A stretch of 64,000 bases of DNA, taken from assembly GCA_030390025.1 (NCBI GenBank), contig CM059432.1:92444001-92508000 (forward strand), written 5' to 3'. A program made the position numbers and the translations under genes. Position 1 is the stretch's first letter. Each line of letters begins with the position of its first letter. The stretch is from Squalus acanthias. Taxonomy: Eukaryota. The notes beneath the pieces are model-generated. The model saw only the letters and a list, made by a program, of their open reading frames with translations. It was not told the DNA's origin and did not search any database. Of the stretch, positions 35,830-47,343 are shown piece after piece.

Positions 35830-36192
35830 AATGAAGTATAGTCACTATTGTAATGTAGGAACATGTCAGCTAATTGTACACAGCAAGCTCCCACAAACAG
35901 CAATATGATAATGCTTAGCTAATCTGTTTTTGTTATAAATATTGGCTAGAACACCAGGGAGAATTCCTCTGCTCTTCTTTGAAATAGTGCCATGGGATCA
36001 TTTATGTCCACCTGAGAGAGCCGATAGGACCTTGGTTTAACATCTCATCCGAAAGACGGCGCTTCCCGACAGTGCAGCACTCCACTGGAGCGTCAGCCTA
36101 GATTTTTTTGCTCAAGTCTCTGGAGTGGGACCTGAACCCACAACTTTCTGACTCAGAGGCAAGAGTGCTACCAACTGAGCCACAGCTGACAC
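35830..36192 (-). mobile_element. SacSINE1-like tRNA-derived Deu-SINE with intact head
   Basis: Minus head TGTCAGCTGTGGCTCAGTTGGTAGCAC..GGTTCAGGTCCC, followed by the core shared with other copies. Confidence 0.8.
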
Positions 36193-36449
36193 ATGAGGAA
36201 GATGGAATGGGAAGAAACCCATATCGTCTATAAACACCAGCACAGGCTGGTTGGACCGAATGGCCTGTTTCTGTGCTGTATATTCTATGTAATTCTATGT
36301 AAATTCTTCTTGTATACAGTCCCTGGTGTAAGTACAGCTCTCACCACTGACATCAATTGCAAATGACTGCTTCACAGTAACTCTGGACAAAAATAATGAG
36401 TTTGGCCAGCAGAGGGCACACACTACCTTGCACAGTAAATGCACTCACC

Positions 36450-36600
36450 AAGTAAAAAACAAAATACTGAATGAAGCTGCTGGGAATCTGAAGCAAAAAC
36501 AGAAAATATTCCAAACACACAGCAGGCCAGTGAGCATCTGTGGAGAGAACAGATATGGTTATGTTACAGGTGCAGACCCTTCTTCAGAACTGAAAAATTA
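36450..36600 (-). mobile_element. Penelope pLTR fragment, degenerate
   Basis: Reverse complement of the 21215-21300 type, with decayed core CTGAAGAAGGGTC. Confidence 0.6.
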
Positions 36601-36855
36601 GAGGCGATCAGTCAGAAAAGAGGGATGTGTGTTCAAATTGCAGTAAATTCATCAAATGGTGCCACATTAAGTGTATTTCCAATGAAACCATTCCCTCCGT
36701 GATACCCTGGCTCACTCTTCCACCAGCTTTACTTCCATCTCCCATTCCCCAATATCTTTCCATGTAAATGCAAGAGACAACGCCATGTTTAAATCCCTCC
36801 CATCTAGTTTCTGCCCCGCCACAGTATTGAAACGGCCCTTATCAAAGTCACAAAT

Positions 36856-36966
36856 GGCGTTCTGATGAAAGGTCAATGACCGGAAACATTATTAAACTAC
36901 TAAACTGTTTCTCTCTCCACAGATGCTGCCTGACCTGTTAAGTATTTCCAGCATTTTCTGTTTTTA
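36856..36966 (+). mobile_element. Penelope pLTR insertion with hammerhead-like core
   Basis: CTGATGAAAGGTCAATGACCGGAAAC, flanked by a direct TCACAAAT repeat inside the L2. Confidence 0.65.
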
Positions 36967-37344
36967 TCACAAATAACATCCTATGTGACTGTGACCACAG
37001 TAAACTATCCCTCGTCATCTGTCTCAACCTTTCTACAGCCTTTGACACGGTTGAACACCATCCTCCTCCAACGCCTCTCCTCCATTGTCCAGCTGGGTGG
37101 GACTGCCCTCACCTGGTTACAGTCTTATCTATCCAATCGTAGCCAGAGAATCATCTGCAATGGCTTCTCTTCCCACTCCCACACCATTACCTCTGGCATC
37201 CCCCCAAGGATCTATCCTTGGCCCACTCCTATTTCTCATCTACATGGTGCTCCTCGGCAAACTCATCCAAAAATACAACATCAGGTTCCACATGTACGCT
37301 GACGACACCCAGCTCCATTGTCTCTGATTTGAAAGAAAAATAAA

Positions 37345-37712
37345 GACTTGCATTTATATAGCACCTTTAACAACCACCAGACGTCCCAAAGCACTGTACA
37401 TTCAATGAAGTACTTTTTTTTTTGCAGTGTAGTCACTGTTGTAATGTAGGAAATGCTGCAGCCAATTTGCACACAGCAAACTCCCACAAACTGCAATGTG
37501 GTAATGACCAGGTAATCTGTTTTAGTGATGATGATTGAGGGATAAATTTTTGGCCAGGACACTGGGGAGAACTTCCCTGCTCTTCTCCGAAATAGTGCCA
37601 TGAGATCTTTTACGTCCACCTGAGAGCGCAGATATCTCATCCGAAAGACAGCACCACTGACAGTGCAGCACTGGAGTGTCAGCCTAGATTTTTGTGCTCA
37701 AGTCCCTGGAGT
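37345..37712 (-). mobile_element. SacSINE1-like Deu-SINE
   Basis: Colinear with 35830-36192. Confidence 0.8.
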
Positions 37713-38765
37713 ATTTGTCACACTGCTTCTCCCACATCCAGTACTGGATGAGCAGATAGTTCCTCCAACTAAATATTTGGAAGACCCAAGCCATTGTCTT
37801 CGGTCCCCACCACAAACCCCATTCCCTAGCCACCGACTCCATCCCTGTCCCTGGCTACTGTCTGAGACTGAACCATACCATTTGCAACCCTGCTGTCATA
37901 TTTGACCCTGAGATGAGCTTCTGACCACATGTCCACTCCATCACCAAGACCGCCTACTTCCACCTCTGTAACATCGCCCGTCTCAGCCCCACCTCTGCTC
38001 ATCTGCTGCTGAAACCCTCATCCATGCCTTTGTTACCTCTAGACTTGACTATTCCAATGCTCTCCTGGCCGGCCTCCCATATTCCACCCTCCATGAATTT
38101 GAGCTCATCCAAAACTCTGGTGTCCAAATCCTAACTTGCACCAAGTTCCATTCACCCATCACCCCTGTGTTTGCTGAACTACATTGGCTCCCATTCCAGC
38201 AACACCTCAATGTTAAAATTCCCATCCTTGTTTTCAAATCCCTCCAAGGCCTCGCCCATCTCTATCTCTGTAACCACCTCCAGCCCTACAACCCTCCGAG
38301 ATATCTGCGCTCCTCCAATTCTGGCCACCTGCGCATCCCCGATTTTAATCGTGCCTTCAGCTGCCGAGGACCTAAGCTCTGGAATTCCCGCCCTAAACCT
38401 CTCTGCCTGACTACCAATGTTCCCTCAAAAATGTTTTGTACTGAGCGGGCCACGAACCCCTTTGAGCGCAACCTTTTCATCCATGGGCAAATTTTACATC
38501 AACAACAACTTTTACAACAACGACAGCAACAGCAACCACTTAAAAGCATATATACAGTAATGCCATATTATCACCCCACCATCTCAAATCATGAGACAAT
38601 CAGACAAGGTTCTATACAAGTTTAACATAACTTCTCTGCTTTTGAAATGAACCCCAATGCTTTATTTGCTCTTTTATGGCTTTTTTAACCTGCATTGCTA
38701 CTTTTAATGATTTGTGAATCTATACCCCCAGAGCACTTTGCACCTCTACCCCATTTAGACCCTTA

Positions 38766-39548
38766 GGCCGCGAAATTCGGTAGGTTAGCGCCTCCCATTA
38801 GCGCCTGGTCGGGGCACTAAGAGGTTAGCGCCCAGCCGCAGCGAATCCAACGCCGCACACAACCTTCAGTGGCAAATTAGCTGCGCTAACTGTTAGCGCC
38901 TAGGCCTCTAGTGCCTCTCACATGGTGACATCAATGCGTGTGCAACGCCCCATTAACGGCCCCGATGTAAATTTGCCTTTCGCCCCCTGCTTTAGCGCCT
39001 TGCGTCGACAACGCCAGTGAGAGGAGGCATTGTGCACTCAGAAGTGCGCTGCAGGAGCGGTAATTAAAGGGAATGCTTCCGTGTTGCTTGAAAATCGCAA
39101 AAAAACTCCTTTCAGTGATCACACCATTTATTACTTTCACCAGTCTGCTGCCTGTGCAAAATTTTTTACACCTTTTCCTCAAACATCTCCAAATGCTGCA
39201 CTTTCTGAAAGTGATGGGGGCTGCAATGGTAGTTGAAAAACACCACTGATGACTATGAGTTTATACAGCATGATTGGCCCTCCACTTTAAGAGGTGGAAG
39301 CAGCCTGTGTGATTAAAGAGTGTCGTTTGGGCTGCACGTGACCTTCTTTATCGCTCTGCCGGTAGCGCCCCGCTCTCAGAGGTTAGTGCCCTAAGTTAGG
39401 AGTGCAGCGCTTGATTTAGCGCGCCACTTCCCTCTTGGAGCACTAACAATGAATTTCGCGGGAGTTGACAATGATTAGTGCCTGGCGCTAATTCTTCAAC
39501 TTTTAAAGTTTTAGTGCCCCAAACGGGGCTATACCGAATTTCTCCCCC
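38766..39548. mobile_element. Harbinger-type MITE (783 bp) inserted in a minus-strand CR1 fragment (~38590-39665)
   Basis: TIR core GAAATTCGGTA / TACCGAATTTC. TSD TTA at 38763-65 and 39549-51. Confidence 0.85.
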
Positions 39549-40053
39549 TTATTTTCCAAGGAGTAGGTAGCCTCCTTATTCCTCCAACCAAAATGCACCA
39601 CCTCACACTTATATATATATTGAAATTCATTTGTCATTTACATGCCCATTCTGCACGTTTGTTTACGGTAGAATTAATTAAAAGCTTTTAGTTTGTCATG
39701 TACAAACTCTATTTTTAAAAAAATACTTGTCAGAAATGACTGGGAAATAAAAGAACTGCATAATAAGACATTAGCACTTCAGAAACGTCACTCAGTTACA
39801 CGGTTATGCATCAACAAACAATCCAAAAACCCAAGGTGAGCTGAAAGAGGCTGAAAGAATTCATGCAATTTGTATTAATTTTAAAGATTTCAACCTATTA
39901 GCCTATCCATCATGTCACTATAGCAATGACTGCACAAGCAGCAGGAGCAGCAGCTTTCCTATAGCGCTGACGTGCTGTACGTCCACATAAGTAATTAGAA
40001 TATTAATCACAATGCAACCAGACAACCAACAAATATAAAGTGCTATAGTTCTT

Positions 40054-40480
40054 TAGAAACATAGAAACATAGAATCTAGGAGCAGGAGTAGGCCATTCGG
40101 CCCGTCGAGCCTGCTCCGCCATTCAATACGATCATGGCTGATCATCCAAATCCAGTACCCTGTCCCTGCTTTAATCCCCACAGTACACATATCCCACCCT
40201 ACCCCCGTAACCCCACGTATTTAATTCCCCCTAACATATCCCATCCTATCCCCATAACCCCACATATTTAATCCCCCCTAACACTAAGGGTCAATTTATC
40301 ATAGCCAAATCAACCTAACCCACACATTTTTGGACTGTGGGAGGAAACCGGAGCACCCGGAGGAAACCCACGCAGACACGGGGAGAATGTGCAAACTCCA
40401 CACAGACAGTCACCCGAGGTCAGATTCGAACCCGGGTCTCTGGCGCTGTGAGGCACCAGTGCTAACCACTATGCCACCGT
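40054..40480 (-). mobile_element. HE1-type V-SINE, young copy
   Basis: Almost identical reverse complement of 33671-34106. Confidence 0.92.
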
Positions 40481-42129
40481 ATTAAAAAGAATTGAACAAA
40501 TTTGGGTATCCGTATTTTCAACTTCAATCACTTCCATTAATAAACATTGTCTTCTTGAACCAGCACCCCCCCCCCCATGTAACATGGCAGAAATGCAGCA
40601 ATTATTCACAAGTGCAGAAAAACACGTACACAATTTGCGTCACTGAATTAAAAAGAAAAAGCAGGAAAAGCTATGATTTAACAGAAATAAACATTCAGCT
40701 TTCTTCCTGGACAGGAGAACCAATCAGATTGACTTGGAAATGTTTACTAATATGGTGATGTAAAGATGTTAATTTACGAATTTCGCTTCTAATGTTTTCC
40801 TCTCAAGCATTCTCCACAACACTAATCCCAGCTCTCATCACGAAAAGTGTTGAATTATTTTAGGTACTTCCCAATTAAATAGCGGGAAACAAACTTCATT
40901 GTACTCTCAATTTTGAATCTCCTATTTCAAACATTTATACCAAATTGAAATTGTACATTACCAGTTTAATCAAATATTTTTTGTGTCTTTCTCAATAAAC
41001 AAATAGTGGTTTCTTCTAAAGTAGCTTCCTGCAATTTTTATACATCATTACATAATTCTTGTTTCTATTAACACTCCACTAAACATTTAAGAGGAAATCT
41101 ATACATTATTCCTGGGACTTGTTAGGACTATAGAACGACAGACAAAATAAAATGGTTTGTGTTTTTCTCCTTTTTTGGTTCTCTTCCTAAACGTCTTAAT
41201 TTTTTTTTAAGTCAATAAAAAGTAATATGTAACTCCTACAAATCCTCCCCTGCCCTCTCCGTCCTCAACAGCATGGTTGCATGTTTGTGTAAAGCTACTC
41301 ACTTCACTCGATCGCTCAAAATCAATTATTGAGAAATTTCAATTTTAAAACGTTTTAAGTAATTCAGAGCCTCTTTAAAAGTGTTTGGACTTCAAGACCT
41401 GGTTGAAACTTGCTTAGATGAGGGAATATTGATTTTTGCTTGTTTCTTCTAAAATCATATTAGAAACTTAGGGGTAAAAAAGTGTTTTTAACACTCATTT
41501 TTTGTGAAAAGTTCATTAAAAATCTTTAAATTCTTTCAAGTCTCATTACAGCTTTGACAGAAGAAGTTGCTCCAAGTTTTTCTTTCCCTCTTCAACGCTG
41601 TTGTTAAACACACAACAAAAAAAATAATAAAATAAACTCTAATTCCAAATGGAGCTCAAATAAGAAAGCGAATGAAGTGGTTAAACTTCCTAAGAAGGCG
41701 GTGAGGTTATCTATCCCCGGCCTTGGCGATGAGTTAGGATCAGCTTTGGAGAAGTTGTTTCCTCTTTTTCTGCTGCCGTTCCCTCCGTCTCTCAGACTCT
41801 GAGGTACAAACAGGGGCACTAACTTCTTTCCCTTTCTCATAACATGATTTAAATAACACTGATAAACTCTTTCAAAAAGGGGACAACACTTGTCAAAATG
41901 AAACTGGAACTTACCGCAGGACATTCAACATCACTTTCCCGTATTTTTTTCCAGCTTTAAAAAACTTTCCGAATGTTTTTTTTTTAAATTTCACCACGGG
42001 CCTAAAACTTGTTTGCTTTAGCCTCCTTTCAGTGGCCATTGTACATGTGCTGCACCTCCATCTGTGTTATTCCAAAGTACGGCCGCCACTCAGTCCCCAG
42101 GAACGGACTACACGCGCCTCGAACCTCAC

Positions 42130-42297
42130 CCCTTTCTCTCTCTCCCTCTTTCACTGTCTCTCTCTCTCTGTCCCTTTCTCTATCTCTCTCTGTCCCTGTC
42201 TCTCTCTATCTCCCTCTGTCCCTGTTTCTCCCTGTCTCTTTCTCCCTGTCCCTCTCTCTTGATGTCTCTGTCGCTTTGTTTCGCTGTCTCTCTCTGC
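42130..42297. repeat. (CT)n/(CTGT)n low-complexity repeat
   Basis: Pyrimidine-rich microsatellite. Confidence 0.9.
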
Positions 42298-42374
42298 AAA
42301 GAACATCGGAGCAAAAGGAGAAGCAGAGAATCAGTGTCGGTTCAGGAGAGAACTTTCCTCCCATTTTTTACTAA

Positions 42375-42560
42375 GTTAAAGGCGCTTTATAAATGCAAGT
42401 TGTTGTCACATTGCTGTTTGTGGGACCTTGCTGTGCACAAATTGGCTGCCGCGTTTCCTACATTCCCACAGTGACTACACTTGAAAAGTGATTAATTGTC
42501 TGTAAAATGCTTTGGGATGTGCTGTGGTTGTGAAAGGCGTTATATAAATGCCTTTTTTTC
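42375..42560 (+). mobile_element. Deu-SINE 3' fragment
   Basis: GTTTGTGGGACCTTGCTGTGCACAAATTGGCTGC..TATATAAATGC. Confidence 0.7.
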
Positions 42561-43073
42561 TTCCTTAAAAATTGCTTTGCATCTGTAGCAAAGTATGACA
42601 CTTTGAAGTGTGAGATCTGGGGTGTGACAGACACACTAGAGTCAAGGCTTTTATTTTTATACGAGAGGATTTCTCATGGTGTTGCTCATAACAAGTTGGA
42701 GTACATGATCTTTCTGTTACCTGTCGCTGTTTTTTCTGTGTCTCTCTTTCTCTGTTTTTTCTTTCCCATCAGATGAGAAGCGCTGGGTAGCGATGGTGCA
42801 GTGCATCAGGAAAGGCCGATGCCAAGGCCAAACTTTTTGGTCGCAACTGTGGGGCGCTGATCACAGAAGTGATTCAGGCAGGGCCACAGGCTGGCAGGTC
42901 AGGGCGAAGGGTCCCAATGGATGTAGGGTTCCTGCCAGGGTCACAAGTTTGCTTTAAGGTGATGGGTCACAGTCATGTTTCAGGTTGTGAGTAGCAGCTG
43001 ACAGGTGTGGGAAGAAATTCATGCAGGGATGTAAGCCTGAATTTGGGCTGTGGGTGGGGGGAGGAGATCCATC

Positions 43074-43264
43074 CGACGGAAGTGGTGGAAGCGGAGACAC
43101 TCAATGTTTTCAAGGGGAGACTGGATAGGCACTTGAGGGAAATAAACTTGCAGAGCTACAGGGATAGAGCGGGGGAATGGGACTGACTGGATTGCTCTCC
43201 AGAGAGCTGGCACGGACTCAATGGGCCGAATGGTCTCCTTCTGTGCCGTTATGACTCTATGACT
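43074..43264 (+). mobile_element. CR1 3'UTR
   Basis: Near-identical to 8645-8841. Confidence 0.85.
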
Positions 43265-43604
43265 GCAGACAGGTTTCAGGTCATGGGTTAGGGATGGATC
43301 TGGCTAGGGTGCAGGGCAGCAGCAGAAAGGAATGCAAAGGAAGAGGTTTCCAGCCCCTTTCCCTGACATTTGCTCCACAGACCCACATCCCATCTACTCC
43401 CTTTCCCCTTGTCCCAAATGAACATTGCACATTGGGGCTGTGTGTTAGGCCCTGACATCCAGCATTGAAAGGTCAGCCGCAGGGAGTTTGGCCAATGAAG
43501 AAGGGCCTGTTGAAACACTCTTAGAATGCAGCCTTTCACAAGCCCTGTCAAGCCCTCATTCCCAATGCCTCCCCTACCCCATAGTCTTTGGTTTTTTTTT
43601 CTTT

Positions 43605-44790
43605 TTTTATTCGTTCATGGGATATGGGCATCACTGGCAAGGCCAGCATTTATTGCCCATCCTTAATTGCCCTTGACAAGGTGGTGGTGAGCCGCCTTCT
43701 TGAACCGCTGCAGGCCGCATGGTGATGGTACTCCCACAGTGCTGTTAGGGAGGGAGTTCCAGGATTTTGACCCAGCGATGATGAAGGAACGGCAATATAC
43801 TTCGAAGTCAGGATGGTGTGTGACTTGGAGGGGAACTTGGAGGTGGTGATGTTCCCATGCGCCTGCTGCCCTTGTCCTTCTAGGTGGTAGAGGTCGCGGG
43901 TTTGGAAGGTGTTGCTGAAGAAGCCTTGGCGAGTTGCTGCAGTGCATCTTGTAGATGGTACACACTGCAGCCACAGTACGCTGGTGGTGGAGGGAGTGAA
44001 TGTTTAAGGTAGTGGATGGGGTGCCAATCAAACGGGCTGCTTTGTCCTGGATGGTGTCGAACTTCTTGAGTGTTGTTGGAGCTGCACTCATCCAGGCAAG
44101 TGGAGAGTATTCCATCACACTCCTGACTTGTGCCTTGTAGGTGGTGTAAAGGCTTTGGGGAGTCAGGAGGTGAGACACTCGCCGCAGAATACCTAGCCTC
44201 TGACCAGCTCTTGTGGCCATAGTATTTACGTGGCTGGTCCAGTTAAATTTCCGGTCAATGGTGACCCCCAGGATGTTAAAGGTGGGGGATTCAGCGATGG
44301 TAATGCCGTTGAAAGTCAAGGGGCAGTGGTTAGACTCTCTCTTGTTGGAGATAGTCATTTCCTGGCACTTGTGTGGCGTGAATGTTACTTGCCACTTATC
44401 AGCCCAAGCCTGAACGTCGTCCAGGTCATGCTGCGTTCGGGCATGGACTGCCTCATTATCTGAGGAGTTGTGAATGGCGCTGAACACTGTGCAATCATCA
44501 GCAAATATCCCCACTTCTGACCTTATGATGGAGGGAAGGTCATTGATGAAGCAGCTGAAGATGGTTGGGCCTAGGACACTGCCCTGAGGAACTCCTGCAG
44601 CGATGTCCTGGGGCTGCAATGATTGACCTCCAACAACCACAACCATCTTCCTTTGTGCTAGGTATGACTCCAGCCAGTGGAGAGTTTTCCCCCTGATTCC
44701 CATTGACTTCAATTTTACTAGGGCTCCTTGATGGCATACTCAGTGAAATGCTGCCTAGATATCAAGGGCAGTCACTCTCACCTCAACCCT
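43605..44790 (-). mobile_element. CR1-Zenon-like LINE, 5'-truncated
   Basis: ORF 43663..44712: [30 protein letters not shown]. Confidence 0.85.
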
Positions 44791-46232
44791 GCCGCTTGCT
44801 CTGCTCTGCTGTTGCCGCCCCTCTCCCTCACCATTAATCCCCTCATACTCAGCCCCATCAACTCCCCTCAGTGTCCCTGCTGCTTTGCCCTAATCGCTTG
44901 TTCCTGTCACTTCTACCCATTCCCACCAACCCCATATCCTCTCCTTCTCATTCTTCTGAAGCTTTCATTGCCCCCTCACCAATTTCCACCCTCCCTTTCT
45001 GTCAACCCTTCAGCCTTCATCTCTTTCCCCACATCTCCCATCCCCATCATTCCATTACATTCCCTCTCCCCTTTCATAGTGAGTTTCAAGAGGTCCACAG
45101 CTCACCAATCTGCTTAAGGGGCAGACTTTCTCCCCACCCTCCACCTTCCCCCTCCCTCATTGATTTTTCAGCAGATCTGAGGCAGGCGCGGGCAGACACA
45201 TGCTCAGGGACGAACTCCACTGCATCCCCACCCCCTCCATTTCCCGGGGGCCAGGTCCAGAGACCTAAAATATGCCCACCCATATTGGGACAGGTGCCTG
45301 TCAATTAAGTTAAAATGAGGAAAACACAGTCTCTGGCAATATTTTTCCTGCTTGTCGCGAATGGACATTGGGGTCTTGACATCCAGTCTTGCAAGGTCAG
45401 CAGCAGGGGCCTTGGCCAGCGAAGAGGGGCCTGTTGAAGGACTCGTAGAACACAGTCTTTCTTAGGCCCTATCAACATCCTACAAATACAATTTTTTTTG
45501 TTGTTTTTGCAGGCAGCTCAGTGGCTGCCTTTTCCTCCTGTTCTATCAGCAAACCTTCACCAACAGTCTGGCGCAGGTTGGCAGCAGAAATTGGGGAGCC
45601 TGCCTCCCATATTCAATGGAAATACAGCCAAGGTCAGGGGGGCATTTCCAGCATGGGCACAAGTCCCACCCAGCCAGAGATACTCCTCCATTGGAAAAAC
45701 CAAGGTAATATTTGGATAGTCTTTTACCTGTAACATTGTCTGCTGTGGGTGACACATCTTGCTTATTATGTGCGTCAGCATCTCTAGTATAGAATTTAAA
45801 CCTGTTTAGGAAACCCATTCCATCCGAACATATGCATGCTGCCGTTGACCATCAAATCTTATTTATGTGTGCAAACTAATTTAATTGACCCTGTCACTGG
45901 TATGATTTCACTCTTCAGAGCCAGGGGAAAAATAGCAGAATTCATTTTTATGGAAATAAATTAATGTAATTTCAATGTAGGGCCAAAAGATCATTGCTAA
46001 TGAAAGATAAAGAGAATTCGAAGCTGCTCCTTTTTCTATGTAAATATTTTTAAACTTGCTGTTGCAGTAACACAGAACTTGCCAGCATTACAGTGAAACC
46101 TACTGAAGTTCCGCCGTTAAATAATACCAGTTTATGTACTTCAATATTGCACATAATCATGGGTCGCAAACAGAAATGGTTTTCCGAAAAGAAGACACAC
46201 AAACATAGAATTATACTCAATTGCACATGTAA

Positions 46233-46238
46233 TTTATT
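46233..46238 (-). terminator. Candidate hey1 polyadenylation signal AATAAA
   Basis: Plus-strand TTTATT, with UGUA motifs upstream and a GU-rich tract downstream on minus, ~1.1 kb after the stop codon. Confidence 0.5.
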
Positions 46239-47343
46239 ATTTCATCTGTTTAGTAAAGTCAACACAAACCAGTACACAGTAACCAAACACTTCACCTTTG
46301 CTATTACCTTCCAAAAATTAGGAGCTTCGGCTCTGGAAAATACTTCAGCATCTAATACTCGCTGAAACAAAGCTGGAAATCTGATTTGTCATCGCTCCAT
46401 TCAACAACATAAAATATAAAATATCACTGAAAAAAAATAATATTTACATTACTTAAACAGTTTTTTTAATCATTCAAGAAACCAGCGTATTGATCTTATC
46501 AAGTTGACCTTGTTTTTATCTTTTTTGTCGGGTTTAAGGCATGTAATGTTGACTTTGTAGCTACTCATGTACAGTACAGATGTACGTACGTAATAAATAG
46601 ATGTATGATGCCACTGCTGATTAAAAAAAATTGCTACGTTTGAAGGGTAGTAAGTTAATATTTTCAGGCAATATTTAACCAACCAAATAAAGAGGACATG
46701 GAAAAAAATCCCCTAACCTCAGGTTGTGCTCGATGCCACACACACAGGCCTGATTATTTAACACAGGCCTCTGTAGTGAAAGACTTTACTGTGGCTAAAC
46801 ACAACCTGCCTTGATTTAAAAATGCAGCCTTTTTAAACACACTACTACCTATTCTTTTTGGAATAAAGAATAAGAATTTAAGTCACTTAAGACAAATAAA
46901 TTTAATCCAATTTTTATATTAGACTTTTTTTTAAATGAATAACTTTACACTCAAAGCTTCAAGGAAGCTGATAAAATGATGTCTGAAAATGATCTCTAGA
47001 GTCTTGAAGCAAACTGGCATACTTCTTGTTTAGACTAATCTGACTACTAAAATGAACTTTTTGACTGAATGTAGACTACTTCAGGAATGAAAGGGTCAGA
47101 CTGCTCACATAAGAATATATTGAATATTATTTATTATCTATGAGCTAAAGAGACTATCATTGTAGCCAGATTCACTGGATTTCAGATTGATATGCAGTTG
47201 TACACTATTTGCCTGCAGTGAACTGAAGTACATCCTTAACATTCCATGGCAGCTATGTTGGTAATAGCTCAGCTCAGCTGAGTTTAAACTAAGAATTCAC
47301 CATTTCTGTCAGTTTAAGGAAAGAAAATCCTTCAGAAGAGTCT

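Larger units (their letters stand above)
34120..36300 (+). mobile_element. CR1 LINE, interrupted by an L2 3' end and a Deu-SINE
   Basis: [35 protein letters not shown]; (TTCTATGT)n tail at ~36283-36300. Confidence 0.8.
36780..38420 (+). mobile_element. L2 LINE RT-to-3' fragments, interrupted
   Basis: [35 protein letters not shown] and LHWLP motifs. Confidence 0.8.

Noticed and set aside
38167..38625. 152-aa ORF with polyQ
   Set aside because: An L2 fragment read into a (CAA)n tract; not a host gene.
42009..42474. Ser/Leu-rich ORFs
   Set aside because: Translation of a (CT)n microsatellite.
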